DNA from: a virus
Taxonomy: Duplodnaviria > Caudoviricetes
Length of the DNA stretch: 64,000 nucleotides
Virus record (IMG/VR): IMGVR_UViG_3300025011_000016
Strand: one strand, 5' to 3'
The notes under the pieces: generated by a model
Database searches by the model: none
Told to the model about the DNA's origin: nothing
What the model saw: only the letters and a program-made list of their open reading frames with translations
Program-made: the position numbers and the translations under genes
Part shown: piece by piece, positions 1 through 9,204 of the stretch
How the letters are laid out: every line of letters starts with the position of its first letter
Position numbering within the stretch: position 1 is the first letter of the stretch

Positions 1-1
1 T

Positions 2-154
2 GTCTATCCAAACATTGAAGCATACAATGGATATTATTACTTGCTTGGAACTGGAAATAGTTCGACTAGTGTATATCTTAGAAAATTTGACTTGTTGCCT
101 TACGCAAATCTTGATATATCAAATAGAATGGTAAGTTTATTTGATATTCAGTAG
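2..154 (+). CDS. 3' end of a hypothetical protein truncated by the window edge
   Basis: Open frame 2..151 (VYPNIEAYNGYYYLLGTG...LFDIQ) ending in TAG 152-154; start not visible. Confidence 0.35.
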   Translation, partial: VYPNIEAYNGYYYLLGTGNSSTSVYLRKFDLLPYANLDISNRMVSLFDIQ

Positions 155-281
155 GTCGTAGTTGACGCATTATACGTCATAGTTGATACTCAATATATTA
201 ATTAAAATAATACCAAATAGAATTTAAATTCTATTTGGTATTATTTATTTTTAATCAATTAGTATATTCTCCTCTATCAAG

Positions 282-291
282 TATATATTAT
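282..291 (+). promoter_or_regulatory. Putative early promoter motif TATATATTAT
   Basis: Exact copy of recurrent intergenic 10-mer upstream of RBS. Confidence 0.55.
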
Positions 292-330
292 AATAGTATA
301 ATATTAAAAACTAATAGAGGAGAGATTAAA

Positions 331-963
331 ATGACCGATTTAGAGATGGTGTTAAAAGATCCTTTAAACATTTTATTTATTGATAATCCAAGTAAAGAGT
401 TGCAACTAATTGCTGTAAAACAAAATGGGTATGCTATTCATTATATTAGAAATCCAGATAATGAAATTCAAATGGCTGCAGTAATTAACAATGGTATTAA
501 TATCAAGTATATCGATAATCCAAGCTTAGATGTTCAATTAACTGCTGTTAAGGATGATGGTAGGGCTATATATTATATTGATAAACCAACTAAAGAAATG
601 CAATTATTTGCTGTTAACGATGGTAGCTCTATTAGATATATTGATAATCCTGATACAGATATCCAATTGGCATCTATAAATAAGAATAGTGCATCAATAC
701 GATTTATCAATAAACCGGATAAATACATTCAACTATTAGCAGTACAAAGAGATAGTTCAAATATACAACATATTACAAATCCAGATATAAATATGCAATT
801 TGCAGCTATACAAAATAATATATTTGATATTAAATATATTAAAAATCCTGATAGAGATATACAGTTATTGTGTGTATATAAAGATAAAAGAGTAATTAAA
901 TATATTTATGATCCTCATCCAGATGTAATAGAATATTGTCAACAAAAATTATGTGCTAGATAA
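331..963 (+). CDS. DUF4116-like helical repeat protein
   Basis: About 9 repeats of NPxxxxQLxAVxxxGxxIxYI; GAGGAG RBS supports ATG 331 rather than 235. Confidence 0.75.
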   Translation: MTDLEMVLKDPLNILFIDNPSKELQLIAVKQNGYAIHYIRNPDNEIQMAAVINNGINIKYIDNPSLDVQLTAVKDDGRAIYYIDKPTKEMQLFAVNDGSSIRYIDNPDTDIQLASINKNSASIRFINKPDKYIQLLAVQRDSSNIQHITNPDINMQFAAIQNNIFDIKYIKNPDRDIQLLCVYKDKRVIKYIYDPHPDVIEYCQQKLCAR

Positions 964-969
964 TTCAAG

Positions 970-979
970 TATATATTAT
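970..979 (+). promoter_or_regulatory. Putative early promoter motif TATATATTAT
   Basis: Exact 10-mer just after the stop of the upstream gene. Confidence 0.55.
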
Positions 980-1022
980 ACGTATACGATACCTAAATTA
1001 TATAAAGGGAGATGTTGATAAA

Positions 1023-1325
1023 ATGTATGATTTTAATTTACTCGGTAACAGTATGAGTTTTATTTCTAAATTAAGAAAGCATTTATACGCCGGAGATTGT
1101 GAAAGAGTAAAGGATTATCTATGTGCCGCATATGATACGTTTAATCCAAGTCCAGAAACTATTAAATTACATCCATGTTTCGATCTTATTCAAGATGCAA
1201 TTAAGTTCATCAAATCTAAAGGTTGGGAAGTGGGGAGTGGTTCATGGGGGAATATTGGTTGCCAATTAACTATAATTTCCCCTGCTGGCGAGTATTATCA
1301 CAGTAAGTTTAAGCATACTGTATAA
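1023..1325 (+). CDS. hypothetical protein
   Basis: ORF with AAGGGAG RBS. Confidence 0.7.
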   Translation: MYDFNLLGNSMSFISKLRKHLYAGDCERVKDYLCAAYDTFNPSPETIKLHPCFDLIQDAIKFIKSKGWEVGSGSWGNIGCQLTIISPAGEYYHSKFKHTV

Positions 1326-1355
1326 AACATAAAATTATGACAGGAGGTTTGAAAA

Positions 1356-1544
1356 ATGCCCAAAAGAATTTTCTTTAAATGTAAATTTAATCATATTACA
1401 AAAAGTTTAATTGGAGATAATGAGTGCCCCCTCTGTCGTTTACTTTGCCAATCGTCTAGAGCTGGAAAACCTACAGAAATTGAATTCGAGGAAATCTTAC
1501 CTGGGAAATGGTGGAATAATGAGGAGGGGGAAATTTCTGAGTGA
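1356..1544 (+). CDS. small Cys-containing hypothetical protein
   Basis: AGGAGG RBS; CxxxH and CxxC. Confidence 0.6.
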   Translation: MPKRIFFKCKFNHITKSLIGDNECPLCRLLCQSSRAGKPTEIEFEEILPGKWWNNEEGEISE

Positions 1545-1582
1545 ATGTGGTAAATTTAAAATAAAGAAAGGAGTGATATAGA

Positions 1583-1762
1583 ATGGAAGAGGTAATATTT
1601 GCAATGATTTCCTCATATCACGAGTGTTGGAACTGTGCGAGTGAGAAATCCCAATGTCCAACATGTGAAGACACATCTAATTTTACACGTAAGTGTACAT
1701 GTGGTTCAGGCGAACATTGGGCCACGTGTCCCGCCCCAAATGGTTGGAGTGAATGTGGTTAA
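1583..1762 (+). CDS. Cys-rich small protein (SEC-C-like CTCGSG motif)
   Basis: 59-aa ORF missing from the track, AAGGAG RBS; MEEVIF...CTCGSGEHWATC. Confidence 0.55.
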   Translation: MEEVIFAMISSYHECWNCASEKSQCPTCEDTSNFTRKCTCGSGEHWATCPAPNGWSECG

Positions 1763-1789
1763 GTATTAAAAAGAAAGAGGTAATGTAAA

Positions 1790-2188
1790 ATGGAAAACAC
1801 TTGTATGTTTTGTGGAAAAAAGAATGTCACGGGATTTTGTTCATGTAAAGATGCTTATGGAATGCCTATTGCAATCTTATCAACAACTATTATTCCACTG
1901 GATGGTTGTTATGAAATCAATTCTATTAACATCTCAGAAATTCCTGATCTAACTGGAATTTCCCATTATATTGGGCATCCAACCACAAAGGAAATCGTTG
2001 AGTCTTTTGGGGCAGTAAAGGCCCCAACTAATCTCTTTAAAGGGTTAGAAAAGGCCGGAGAATATGCTCTATGTTTTTCAATTAAACAAGGGATGTCGAC
2101 TCGTAAAGAAGAAGGTTTTACAACCCCACACCAAAATGTTGATTTATCAATGTTAGATGTGAGAGTTTTGAAAAGGAGATTTTATTAG
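1790..2188 (+). CDS. DUF1874/STIV B116-like protein, candidate AcrIII-1 ring nuclease
   Basis: IAILSTTIIPLDGCY, IGHPTT, GEYALCF and RKEEG match the YddF/AcrIII-1 motif order; short Cys-rich N-terminal extension. Confidence 0.6.
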   Translation: MENTCMFCGKKNVTGFCSCKDAYGMPIAILSTTIIPLDGCYEINSINISEIPDLTGISHYIGHPTTKEIVESFGAVKAPTNLFKGLEKAGEYALCFSIKQGMSTRKEEGFTTPHQNVDLSMLDVRVLKRRFY

Positions 2189-2189
2189 A

Positions 2190-2462
2190 ATGGATAAAGA
2201 CTTAACAAATAAAGATCATACAACTAGATTAGTTTCCAGAGGAATGGGATTTGTCATTTATTCGGGTGTAATCAAAGTGAATGAAATTCAATACTCGTAT
2301 ATCTTAATATCAAATAGTGAGAATTCGATCAAATGCGATATTGAGATCTTTGAGGTGCATTCACTTATTGGTGATGATGAGCCTTGGTTAACATCTATTA
2401 ACTCAAACGCTATTATTTGGCATAAGATAGAGTCTGAAATATTAAAGGATTTTAGACGTTAA
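2190..2462 (+). CDS. hypothetical protein
   Basis: ORF coupled to upstream stop. Confidence 0.6.
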   Translation: MDKDLTNKDHTTRLVSRGMGFVIYSGVIKVNEIQYSYILISNSENSIKCDIEIFEVHSLIGDDEPWLTSINSNAIIWHKIESEILKDFRR

Positions 2463-2502
2463 AATAAAGGAGTACCAATTAAGGTACTCCTTTATTTTTT
2501 TT
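2462..2502 (+). terminator. intrinsic terminator
   Basis: 15-bp inverted repeat aaataaaggagtacc/ggtactcctttattt plus T-run. Confidence 0.8.
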
Positions 2503-2729
2503 GTACTATTTCTCATACGAGTGTATGTAAACAACCCTCAATTTAAGAACCAAGCCCCCAAATATGTCGGGATTCATTAAAGTGATATCATAGAGCAGAA
2601 GTCCAGCTTTTGTCATCTATAACCTTATGAAGTAATTAAATTATTTCATTACTATTATGTTCCATTCAAATAATTTATAATTTAATTAAGATGGTAACAG
2701 TTAAGTAAAAGGTCATAATAATTTTAAAT

Positions 2730-2739
2730 TATATATTAT
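2730..2739 (+). promoter_or_regulatory. Putative early promoter motif TATATATTAT
   Basis: Exact 10-mer upstream of 2782 gene. Confidence 0.55.
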
Positions 2740-2781
2740 TATAGTATACTACATATAAAACAGAAGGGAGAAGATTGATTA

Positions 2782-3087
2782 ATGAAAAAACAAGTAGATA
2801 TAGCATCGGAAATGTTTAATGCTTTATTTGGTCATTTCACTAAGAAGAAACAAATGGAAATTATTAAATCAAATAATGATGAGTATATTAAACGTATTGA
2901 AAATCCATGTAAAAAAGCTCAGGTGGCTCTCATTAAGTTAAAGGGTGGTAAATATATTAGACAGTTTGACAACCCTTGTAAAAAGGCTCAGATGCTTGCT
3001 GTAAAGCAAAATATTAAGTATATCAAATATATCGAAAATCCTTGTGTGAAAGTATTAGATTATGTACGAGAAAGAGGAGGAATTTAA
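2782..3087 (+). CDS. DUF4116-like repeat protein (short)
   Basis: NPCKKAQ..AVKQNIKYIKYI repeats. Confidence 0.7.
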   Translation: MKKQVDIASEMFNALFGHFTKKKQMEIIKSNNDEYIKRIENPCKKAQVALIKLKGGKYIRQFDNPCKKAQMLAVKQNIKYIKYIENPCVKVLDYVRERGGI

Positions 3088-3088
3088 C

Positions 3089-3829
3089 ATGAACTTATTA
3101 AAACATCAATTAGAGATGGTGACAAAGGAGCCTTTAACTATTAAGTTAATTCAAGACCCCTGTAAAGAAATACAATTAGCTGCCGTTAAACAATCGGGTG
3201 ATATTATTCAGTATATTAAAAACCCCGATAAAGATGTGCAAATAGAGGCTGTAAGAAAAAGTGGGCCTGCTATTCAGTATATCGAAGATCCTGATGAAGA
3301 TGTTCAAATAGTTGCAGTTAGACAGAATGGGTATTCTATTCGGTATATAAATGACCCACAATATGCTGTACAGATACTTGCAGTTCAAGAAGATGCTTAT
3401 GCAATTCAGCATATTAAAAATCCAGATTTAATTTTACAGATGATTGCGATAAATTCGCATGGATTTATAATCAAATATATTAAAAATCCTAGTATGGCTA
3501 TTCAGTTACTTGCTATCACTAAAGATAAAAATACTATAGCCCATATTATAAATCCACACAAAGATGTTCAATTATACAGTATGGGTCAAGATGGTTGTAA
3601 TATTAGGCATATTCAAAATCCAGATACTGAGGTTCAATTAGCTGCGGTGCGACAAGATGGACTTGCTATTCAGTATATCGATAATCCCTCAAAAGAAATA
3701 CAACTTGCTGCCATTTGTCAGAATCCGTATGCTGTTCTATATATTAAAGGAGATATTCTTGTTTCAATTAATAATGAATTACGATATATAATCGATACGG
3801 TAAAATTAATGAATGGGGAGGCTAACTAA
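3089..3829 (+). CDS. DUF4116-like helical repeat protein
   Basis: About 10 repeats; GAGGAGG RBS supports ATG 3089. Confidence 0.75.
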   Translation: MNLLKHQLEMVTKEPLTIKLIQDPCKEIQLAAVKQSGDIIQYIKNPDKDVQIEAVRKSGPAIQYIEDPDEDVQIVAVRQNGYSIRYINDPQYAVQILAVQEDAYAIQHIKNPDLILQMIAINSHGFIIKYIKNPSMAIQLLAITKDKNTIAHIINPHKDVQLYSMGQDGCNIRHIQNPDTEVQLAAVRQDGLAIQYIDNPSKEIQLAAICQNPYAVLYIKGDILVSINNELRYIIDTVKLMNGEAN

Positions 3830-3830
3830 C

Positions 3831-4169
3831 ATGACTAAATTACAAAAGAAAATTGCTGCTATATTAGCAGCCGCAGGTGACTTATCTATTGCATTGGCAA
3901 ACAAACCTAGTCATGAACTAATGGTAGCTGCAGTAAGACATAATGGTAGTAATATCAGATATGTCAAGAATCCAGGTAGGAAATTACAGATGATCGCTGT
4001 ACGGCATAGTGCTAAGAATATTGTCCATATTCAAAACCCAGATCCTAAAGTTCTGATGTACATTAAAATGTACTGTGAGAATAAAGGGGTTAATAAGGGT
4101 GTTGTCCGTAAACGAATGAAAGAGGAAGCAATGGCAATAGGTAAAATACATATTGAGATAAAGGAGTGA
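3831..4169 (+). CDS. DUF4116-like repeat protein (short)
   Basis: AAVRHNGSNIRYVKNP repeats; GGGGAGG RBS before ATG 3831. Confidence 0.7.
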   Translation: MTKLQKKIAAILAAAGDLSIALANKPSHELMVAAVRHNGSNIRYVKNPGRKLQMIAVRHSAKNIVHIQNPDPKVLMYIKMYCENKGVNKGVVRKRMKEEAMAIGKIHIEIKE

Positions 4170-4178
4170 TGATTAAAA

Positions 4179-4472
4179 TTGAGTGGAATTCAACTCATAA
4201 CGATCGGTAATGTTGACATTACCGATCAAAAATATCGCAATGGGTCTTTAAAAAGTCCCGAATTAATTAAATTCGAATATGAATTGATATGTGAATTAGT
4301 TAAGAGCCGAAAAGAAAAGAGTCTTACCCAAAGAAATTTGGCTGAAATACTTGGATTTAGACAACAAAATATTTCAATGATTGAAAATCAACATGTTTCT
4401 CCAAGTTTAAGTACTATTCTTAGAATTGCAGATGTCCTTGACTTGAAACTAATATTTGTATCAAAAACGTAA
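4179..4472 (+). CDS. XRE-family helix-turn-helix protein
   Basis: RKEKSLTQRNLAEILGFRQQNISMIEN....PSLSTILRIADVL. Confidence 0.85.
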   Translation: MSGIQLITIGNVDITDQKYRNGSLKSPELIKFEYELICELVKSRKEKSLTQRNLAEILGFRQQNISMIENQHVSPSLSTILRIADVLDLKLIFVSKT

Positions 4473-4497
4473 TTAATGATTATAATAGGAGGATTTT

Positions 4498-4901
4498 ATG
4501 TTAATCAATATAAACATTGAAAGTCCTAAAGAAGAACTTGAATTAACAGATGGAATGGCTGAACGGAATGATGATATCTATAACAGTGTATTTGATTGTA
4601 TCCGTACATTGACTGAACAGCCGGATATGGAATGGGATATGGGGGTATCGGAGAAGTTACCGATGTTATTATTGATGAATTGACAACACTTGGATTACCA
4701 GTAAGATATCCAAGTGTTGTAACGGAAAATGATGGTACACAACATTATGAAGATCAGTTTAAACCATCTGATTTTTTAATAACCCCACATCCAATAACTA
4801 TTAGTGTTATTAAAAAATCACCATACGGTGATACGTTACCACCCACAAAAGAATTAGTACAACTAATGGAAGCTGGGAAAGTTGTTATTACTGAGTTTTA
4901 A
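4498..4901 (+). pseudogene. single gene split by a 1-nt frameshift (track ORFs 4498..4683 and 4632..4901)
   Basis: EWDMG continues as IGEVTDVII..YPSVVT in the other frame across G5 run 4641-4645; one RBS only. Confidence 0.55.
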
Positions 4902-4921
4902 TAATTAAGGAGGATAATAAA

Positions 4922-5680
4922 ATGAAAAATATCGTTACTAATGTTGTAGATTCAAATGAGTGTAAAAAGGTTGTGAAAACAACAACCTTTTTACACCATG
5001 AAGAAGATAATATTGTCACTGATTGTGAATATAATGAATCCATGGATGATATGGAGGCGGTACAAATCGATCCATTATTCATTACATTCATTAACGATCC
5101 AAGTGTTGAGGTGCAATTAGCTGCTGTCACTAAAGATGATTGGGCTATTAGCCATATTAGAAAGCCATGTATTGAAGCCCAGATGGAGTCTGTATCTCAG
5201 AACTGGGATAATATTCAGTATATTAGAAATCCCGATATAAACGTTCAAATACATGCTGTGACAGGCTGTGGTAATACTATTAAATACATTAAGAATCCGA
5301 GTGTTGAAATTCAGTTGCTTGCTGTAAAGAGAAACGGTCATAGTATTCAATATATAGAGAATCCTAATATATTGGTTCAAATAACTGCCATTGGAAGTTA
5401 TAGTTCATCTATTCAATATATCAAAGACCCTGGTTTATTCATCCAGGCATTATCAATTGGTTTAGATCCATTCAATATTCAATTAATAACCAATCCGTCT
5501 GAAGAAGTTCAATTAGCCGCCCTGGTAAATGATACTGATATTATTAGAGTTCTTAAAAATCCAAGTTGTATGGTACAATTATTCGCAGTTAAAATTGATC
5601 CGGGGTGTATTACATGCATTAAAGAACCACACCCAGAAGTTTTAGAATATTTAGAATCGATTAATTTTAAAATTGATTAA
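4922..5680 (+). CDS. DUF4116-like helical repeat protein with acidic N-terminus
   Basis: About 9 NP..VQL.AV repeats; AAGGAGG RBS. Confidence 0.75.
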   Translation: MKNIVTNVVDSNECKKVVKTTTFLHHEEDNIVTDCEYNESMDDMEAVQIDPLFITFINDPSVEVQLAAVTKDDWAISHIRKPCIEAQMESVSQNWDNIQYIRNPDINVQIHAVTGCGNTIKYIKNPSVEIQLLAVKRNGHSIQYIENPNILVQITAIGSYSSSIQYIKDPGLFIQALSIGLDPFNIQLITNPSEEVQLAALVNDTDIIRVLKNPSCMVQLFAVKIDPGCITCIKEPHPEVLEYLESINFKID

Positions 5681-5705
5681 CTCTATTAATTAGGAGGAGA
5701 TTAAA

Positions 5706-5951
5706 ATGCCAATTAATCCTATGAAGTTAACTACGTTTATTGGGTTTGCAATTCCACGAAATGTATTACTTAAACTTGATACAATTAATCTACCAAATTT
5801 TATTACCGTTGCCGAACGTGGTAACAAGGTTATACTTGGTGATAGTGGTATAAGCAATCTGGAGCATAGGACCTCTAGGATAAAGAAGGTTCTTAATCTC
5901 CTCGGCCTTAGTGAATACAAATTAAGATTATTTTGTTTTGTTGAAGTTTAA
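5706..5951 (+). CDS. hypothetical protein
   Basis: AGGAGG RBS. Confidence 0.6.
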   Translation: MPINPMKLTTFIGFAIPRNVLLKLDTINLPNFITVAERGNKVILGDSGISNLEHRTSRIKKVLNLLGLSEYKLRLFCFVEV

Positions 5952-5978
5952 TATGATGGGGGGGGGGTATTAATTAAT

Positions 5979-6200
5979 ATGAGAATATTTATTAACGGTG
6001 AGACACATGAGATTGATTCAACTATTCTATCATATGATGAGATTATACAACTAGCTTTTCCAAAAACTGATCCTAATATTGTGTATGCTGTGATAGCCAC
6101 TCATCGTAAAACTGAGTTTAAAGAAATAGTGCTTAGGGATTGTTTTGTTGCTATAACACAAGATATGAGATTTAGTGTCGGTAGAACTGATAATGCCTGA
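5979..6200 (+). CDS. stand-alone multi-ubiquitin (Multi_ubiq-like beta-grasp) protein
   Basis: IFINGETHEI..LSYDEIIQLAF..NIVYAV...V.I..DMRFSVGRTDNA follows the Multi_ubiq pattern. Confidence 0.6.
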   Translation: MRIFINGETHEIDSTILSYDEIIQLAFPKTDPNIVYAVIATHRKTEFKEIVLRDCFVAITQDMRFSVGRTDNA

Positions 6201-6201
6201 C

Positions 6202-6237
6202 AAAAAAAGAATACCCATTAATGGGTATTCTTTTTTT
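6202..6237 (+). terminator. intrinsic terminator
   Basis: 17-bp inverted repeat with A-tract/T-tract. Confidence 0.8.
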
Positions 6238-6257
6238 CTATGTACCAAGAGTATAAA

Positions 6258-6267
6258 TATATATTAT
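6258..6267 (+). promoter_or_regulatory. Putative early promoter motif TATATATTAT
   Basis: Exact 10-mer directly after a terminator. Confidence 0.55.
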
Positions 6268-6311
6268 TATATTGGTAAAAACATTATTACAATAAAGGGG
6301 GGATAAACTTT

Positions 6312-6401
6312 ATGAAACAAAAGAAAATTAATATGTCTATAAAAGAAATTGTGGAATGGATGAAAGAAGTTAAAACTATTTATACTAAATATAAGGGGTG
6401 A
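6312..6401 (+). CDS. 29-aa small protein
   Basis: AAAGGGGG RBS downstream of promoter motif; MKQKKINMSIKEIVEWMKEV.. Confidence 0.45.
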   Translation: MKQKKINMSIKEIVEWMKEVKTIYTKYKG

Positions 6402-6408
6402 TTAAATA

Positions 6409-6708
6409 ATGAAGAAAGTGTTACAAGTGTTTGAAGAAATTATTGCCGACGTAGAAAAATCTATTCAGGCGAGTAAGGATTTTGAAACATGTTCCGGGTG
6501 TTATATAACTGATAGTAGTTGGGATCAAATAATGCATCAAATGTATAAACTCAATAAGATTAAAGAAAAGTTAAGTGAATTAAAAAGTCTTCCCGAATGC
6601 AAATGTTCTAATTTACGTAAGGTTTGGACACCATTTAAAAAAATATATAGTAATTATTTTAACATAAATATTTACCAATGTAAGAAATGTAATAATTATT
6701 ATTCTTAA
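6409..6708 (+). CDS. hypothetical protein with C-terminal Zn ribbon
   Basis: CKC...CKKC. Confidence 0.6.
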   Translation: MKKVLQVFEEIIADVEKSIQASKDFETCSGCYITDSSWDQIMHQMYKLNKIKEKLSELKSLPECKCSNLRKVWTPFKKIYSNYFNINIYQCKKCNNYYS

Positions 6709-6740
6709 TAAAATAATATGCAAAGGAGTTGTTTTGATTA

Positions 6741-7178
6741 GTGAGGAGTATATTTAAAGGCAGGAGAATAAAAAAGTTATATTATTTTGAGAAATTATCT
6801 AAAAGTGTATTTGGTGTACGAGAACTAAGAAAAGTGGTTGGAACCCCAACCATTATGACAATTGATATACCAGAACCTATATTAAAAATTGGTGATAAAT
6901 TTTATGATATTAGAGATAATACATCATATTCTATTATAGATGTTATGCGAGGATCTGAAAATACAATGATCTATTTTACAGATACTGTCTTATCAACTAT
7001 TACCGATACTAAGTCTAAAAAGGATGCTGAAATAAATAAAGCAAGATATAATGATGAAATGAATACTATGAATAAAACGGATGAATTAAATATTTATTCG
7101 GAGGATAAAATTAAGAATAGTGAACAATCATGGTTGAATGAATTAGTTAAGTATATAAAAGGAGTGTTTGATAAATGA
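6741..7178 (+). CDS. hypothetical protein
   Basis: GTG start with AAGGAG RBS. Confidence 0.65.
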   Translation: MRSIFKGRRIKKLYYFEKLSKSVFGVRELRKVVGTPTIMTIDIPEPILKIGDKFYDIRDNTSYSIIDVMRGSENTMIYFTDTVLSTITDTKSKKDAEINKARYNDEMNTMNKTDELNIYSEDKIKNSEQSWLNELVKYIKGVFDK

Positions 7179-7750
7179 TTGAAATGGAATTTACTACAAG
7201 GACTTTTAACTTAATAAAGAATACTTTTCGAGAGTTTTATGATGTACCAGTTAAGTTAATTATAACAGATAGTTTGCAAATATTAAAGGAAGGTGGAATA
7301 GCCCGATTAAATACAAAAATCAAAGATTTAAATCCAGTCGAACATACAATATTCATTTGTGATGATTTATTTGTTATTGAAAAAGAGAGTTATGAGAATG
7401 ATTATGCGTTTTTATTAGACACCAATGTGGAATTTCTAAATTCACTCAATATTGAAATTTCACACAAGGCATTAATTGTATCTATGTTATTACATGAATT
7501 TGGACATTTATCTCAAATTATTAAATTCATGAAATCTTCAAATATCAAAGATTTATCAAGTTTAGAACGAATTAACACTGAATTTATTTACGTCATTCGT
7601 AGAATGAATAAAGAAAAGGCTAAGTCAAACAAATATGAAGATTCATTATACTATACCCTCATGTTTACTGATCTATATGCTGAAATGTTTAAATTCAAAT
7701 ATTTCTATAAAATTTGGAATTTAATTAGACTTAGGGAGGGGAATTCTTAA
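7175..7750 (+). CDS. putative zincin-like metallopeptidase
   Basis: LLHEFGH (HExxH) motif; ATGA overlap with upstream gene. Confidence 0.5.
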   Translation: MIEMEFTTRTFNLIKNTFREFYDVPVKLIITDSLQILKEGGIARLNTKIKDLNPVEHTIFICDDLFVIEKESYENDYAFLLDTNVEFLNSLNIEISHKALIVSMLLHEFGHLSQIIKFMKSSNIKDLSSLERINTEFIYVIRRMNKEKAKSNKYEDSLYYTLMFTDLYAEMFKFKYFYKIWNLIRLREGNS

Positions 7751-8008
7751 ATGAAAATAACACAGGTTGAAGATGTACACATTAATATGATCGTTAGTCT
7801 TATTACTAAACAGTCATATGAGTTAAATACAAAAGTTTCACCATTAATATACATCTGCAAAATATCAATGTATTTAGCTGAACGGATAACCAGATATTTT
7901 AAATATAAAGGATATAATATTAAATGGTATTCCCATTTGGGTTATCCAGATCATATAGTTTTTAATATTACCCCACAAATAATTAACACTATGGATTGTG
8001 TTGTATAA
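7751..8008 (+). CDS. hypothetical protein
   Basis: Tightly packed ORF with RBS. Confidence 0.55.
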   Translation: MKITQVEDVHINMIVSLITKQSYELNTKVSPLIYICKISMYLAERITRYFKYKGYNIKWYSHLGYPDHIVFNITPQIINTMDCVV

Positions 8009-8217
8009 TGAGAGTTAAAAGAGTTATCCAGCTTATTACTAATGTGCATAGAATACACTATAGTGATTATTCATATGGTTGGAAGATATCATTCATACCA
8101 ATTGGTTTATTTACAGTTCCTCTTTGGAACAGAGGTGGTTATGTGAAATTTAATAAACGACTTCATATAATCAATCGAAACGATTATCATAATTGTACAT
8201 TAACTGGGAGGTATTAA
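7996..8217 (+). CDS. hypothetical protein
   Basis: Packed ORF; start may be ATG 8008. Confidence 0.5.
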   Translation: MCCIMRVKRVIQLITNVHRIHYSDYSYGWKISFIPIGLFTVPLWNRGGYVKFNKRLHIINRNDYHNCTLTGRY

Positions 8218-8218
8218 T

Positions 8219-8479
8219 ATGGAAATTATAAAAATGGTTCTAAAAGAAGTTGAAGAAATTGTAGGTTATAAATGTGATGTTTGTAATATAGATCTAAAAA
8301 TCGATTCTAGTTTGGATCTTAATACTGTGACATATTCAGAACCTAGTGATAGTAATATGACAAATTTTAATACTATTAGAAAACACGTCTGCAGTATTAA
8401 ATGTCTCAATGATGTGTTAAGAAATACTTATTTCGGAGCAAATATATTTCTATCCGATAAATTGATTAAAGGAGTTTGA
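8219..8479 (+). CDS. hypothetical protein with CxxC...HxC
   Basis: GGGAGG RBS; YKCDVC, HVCSIKC. Confidence 0.65.
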   Translation: MEIIKMVLKEVEEIVGYKCDVCNIDLKIDSSLDLNTVTYSEPSDSNMTNFNTIRKHVCSIKCLNDVLRNTYFGANIFLSDKLIKGV

Positions 8480-8483
8480 TTAA

Positions 8484-8693
8484 ATGAAGTTAATATTATT
8501 TACTCTCTCCATTGCATCTCTATTTATAATGTCATATTTATCTGGTATGGTAATGATGACCGATAGAAAAATTACATTTATGGAGTTATACAAGAATATA
8601 CCCGCTAAAGGAAATGAGAAATTATTCGGAATATTATATGGATTAACATGGGTTTCAATAATGACTACTCTACTAATATATCATTTTAAATAA
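8484..8693 (+). CDS. small membrane protein
   Basis: Two hydrophobic segments; AAGGAG RBS. Confidence 0.6.
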   Translation: MKLILFTLSIASLFIMSYLSGMVMMTDRKITFMELYKNIPAKGNEKLFGILYGLTWVSIMTTLLIYHFK

Positions 8694-8709
8694 AGGAGTT
8701 GAATGAATA

Positions 8710-8970
8710 ATGGTATTTCCGATAAGTGAAGCTAGAAGAAATAAATTAGATTCATTATTAAAAGATGATGATTTTATCGCTAAAATTGATAAAATGATTG
8801 AAGCTGAATCATCTGTACCGAAGGAGTATTATGTAATAGAATATATATGTGTGCTATCGATTGACTTAGTTAATAAAATTATTAAGAAATATTTAGATGA
8901 AGGTTATGAGGCTTATTGGAGTGTCTATTATAATCTTGTTAATTGTAAGATAATTACTATAAGGTGGTAA
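8710..8970 (+). CDS. hypothetical protein
   Basis: AAGGAG RBS. Confidence 0.6.
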   Translation: MVFPISEARRNKLDSLLKDDDFIAKIDKMIEAESSVPKEYYVIEYICVLSIDLVNKIIKKYLDEGYEAYWSVYYNLVNCKIITIRW

Positions 8971-8974
8971 TTTA

Positions 8975-9130
8975 ATGAAAATACACATACTAAAGTCAGT
9001 ATTTAAATGGATGTCTAAAATGTCATTCGTGGAAGGTGTATATATTTTATATGTTACTGGATATAATGACGTGTTAATTATATCAATCTTTATATCTATT
9101 ATAGGGTGGACTATTGAATCCACCCTATAA
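8975..9130 (+). CDS. small hydrophobic protein
   Basis: 51-aa ORF missing from the track, AAGGTGG RBS. Confidence 0.4.
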   Translation: MKIHILKSVFKWMSKMSFVEGVYILYVTGYNDVLIISIFISIIGWTIESTL

Positions 9131-9157
9131 TTTTTTATTGATATATGAATATATATA

Positions 9158-9167
9158 TATATATTAT
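9158..9167 (+). promoter_or_regulatory. Putative early promoter motif TATATATTAT
   Basis: 10-mer at the end of a (TA)n run upstream of 9205. Confidence 0.5.
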
Positions 9168-9204
9168 ATACTTAGAATAAACAAACTTAGAGGAGTGTAA
9201 TTAA

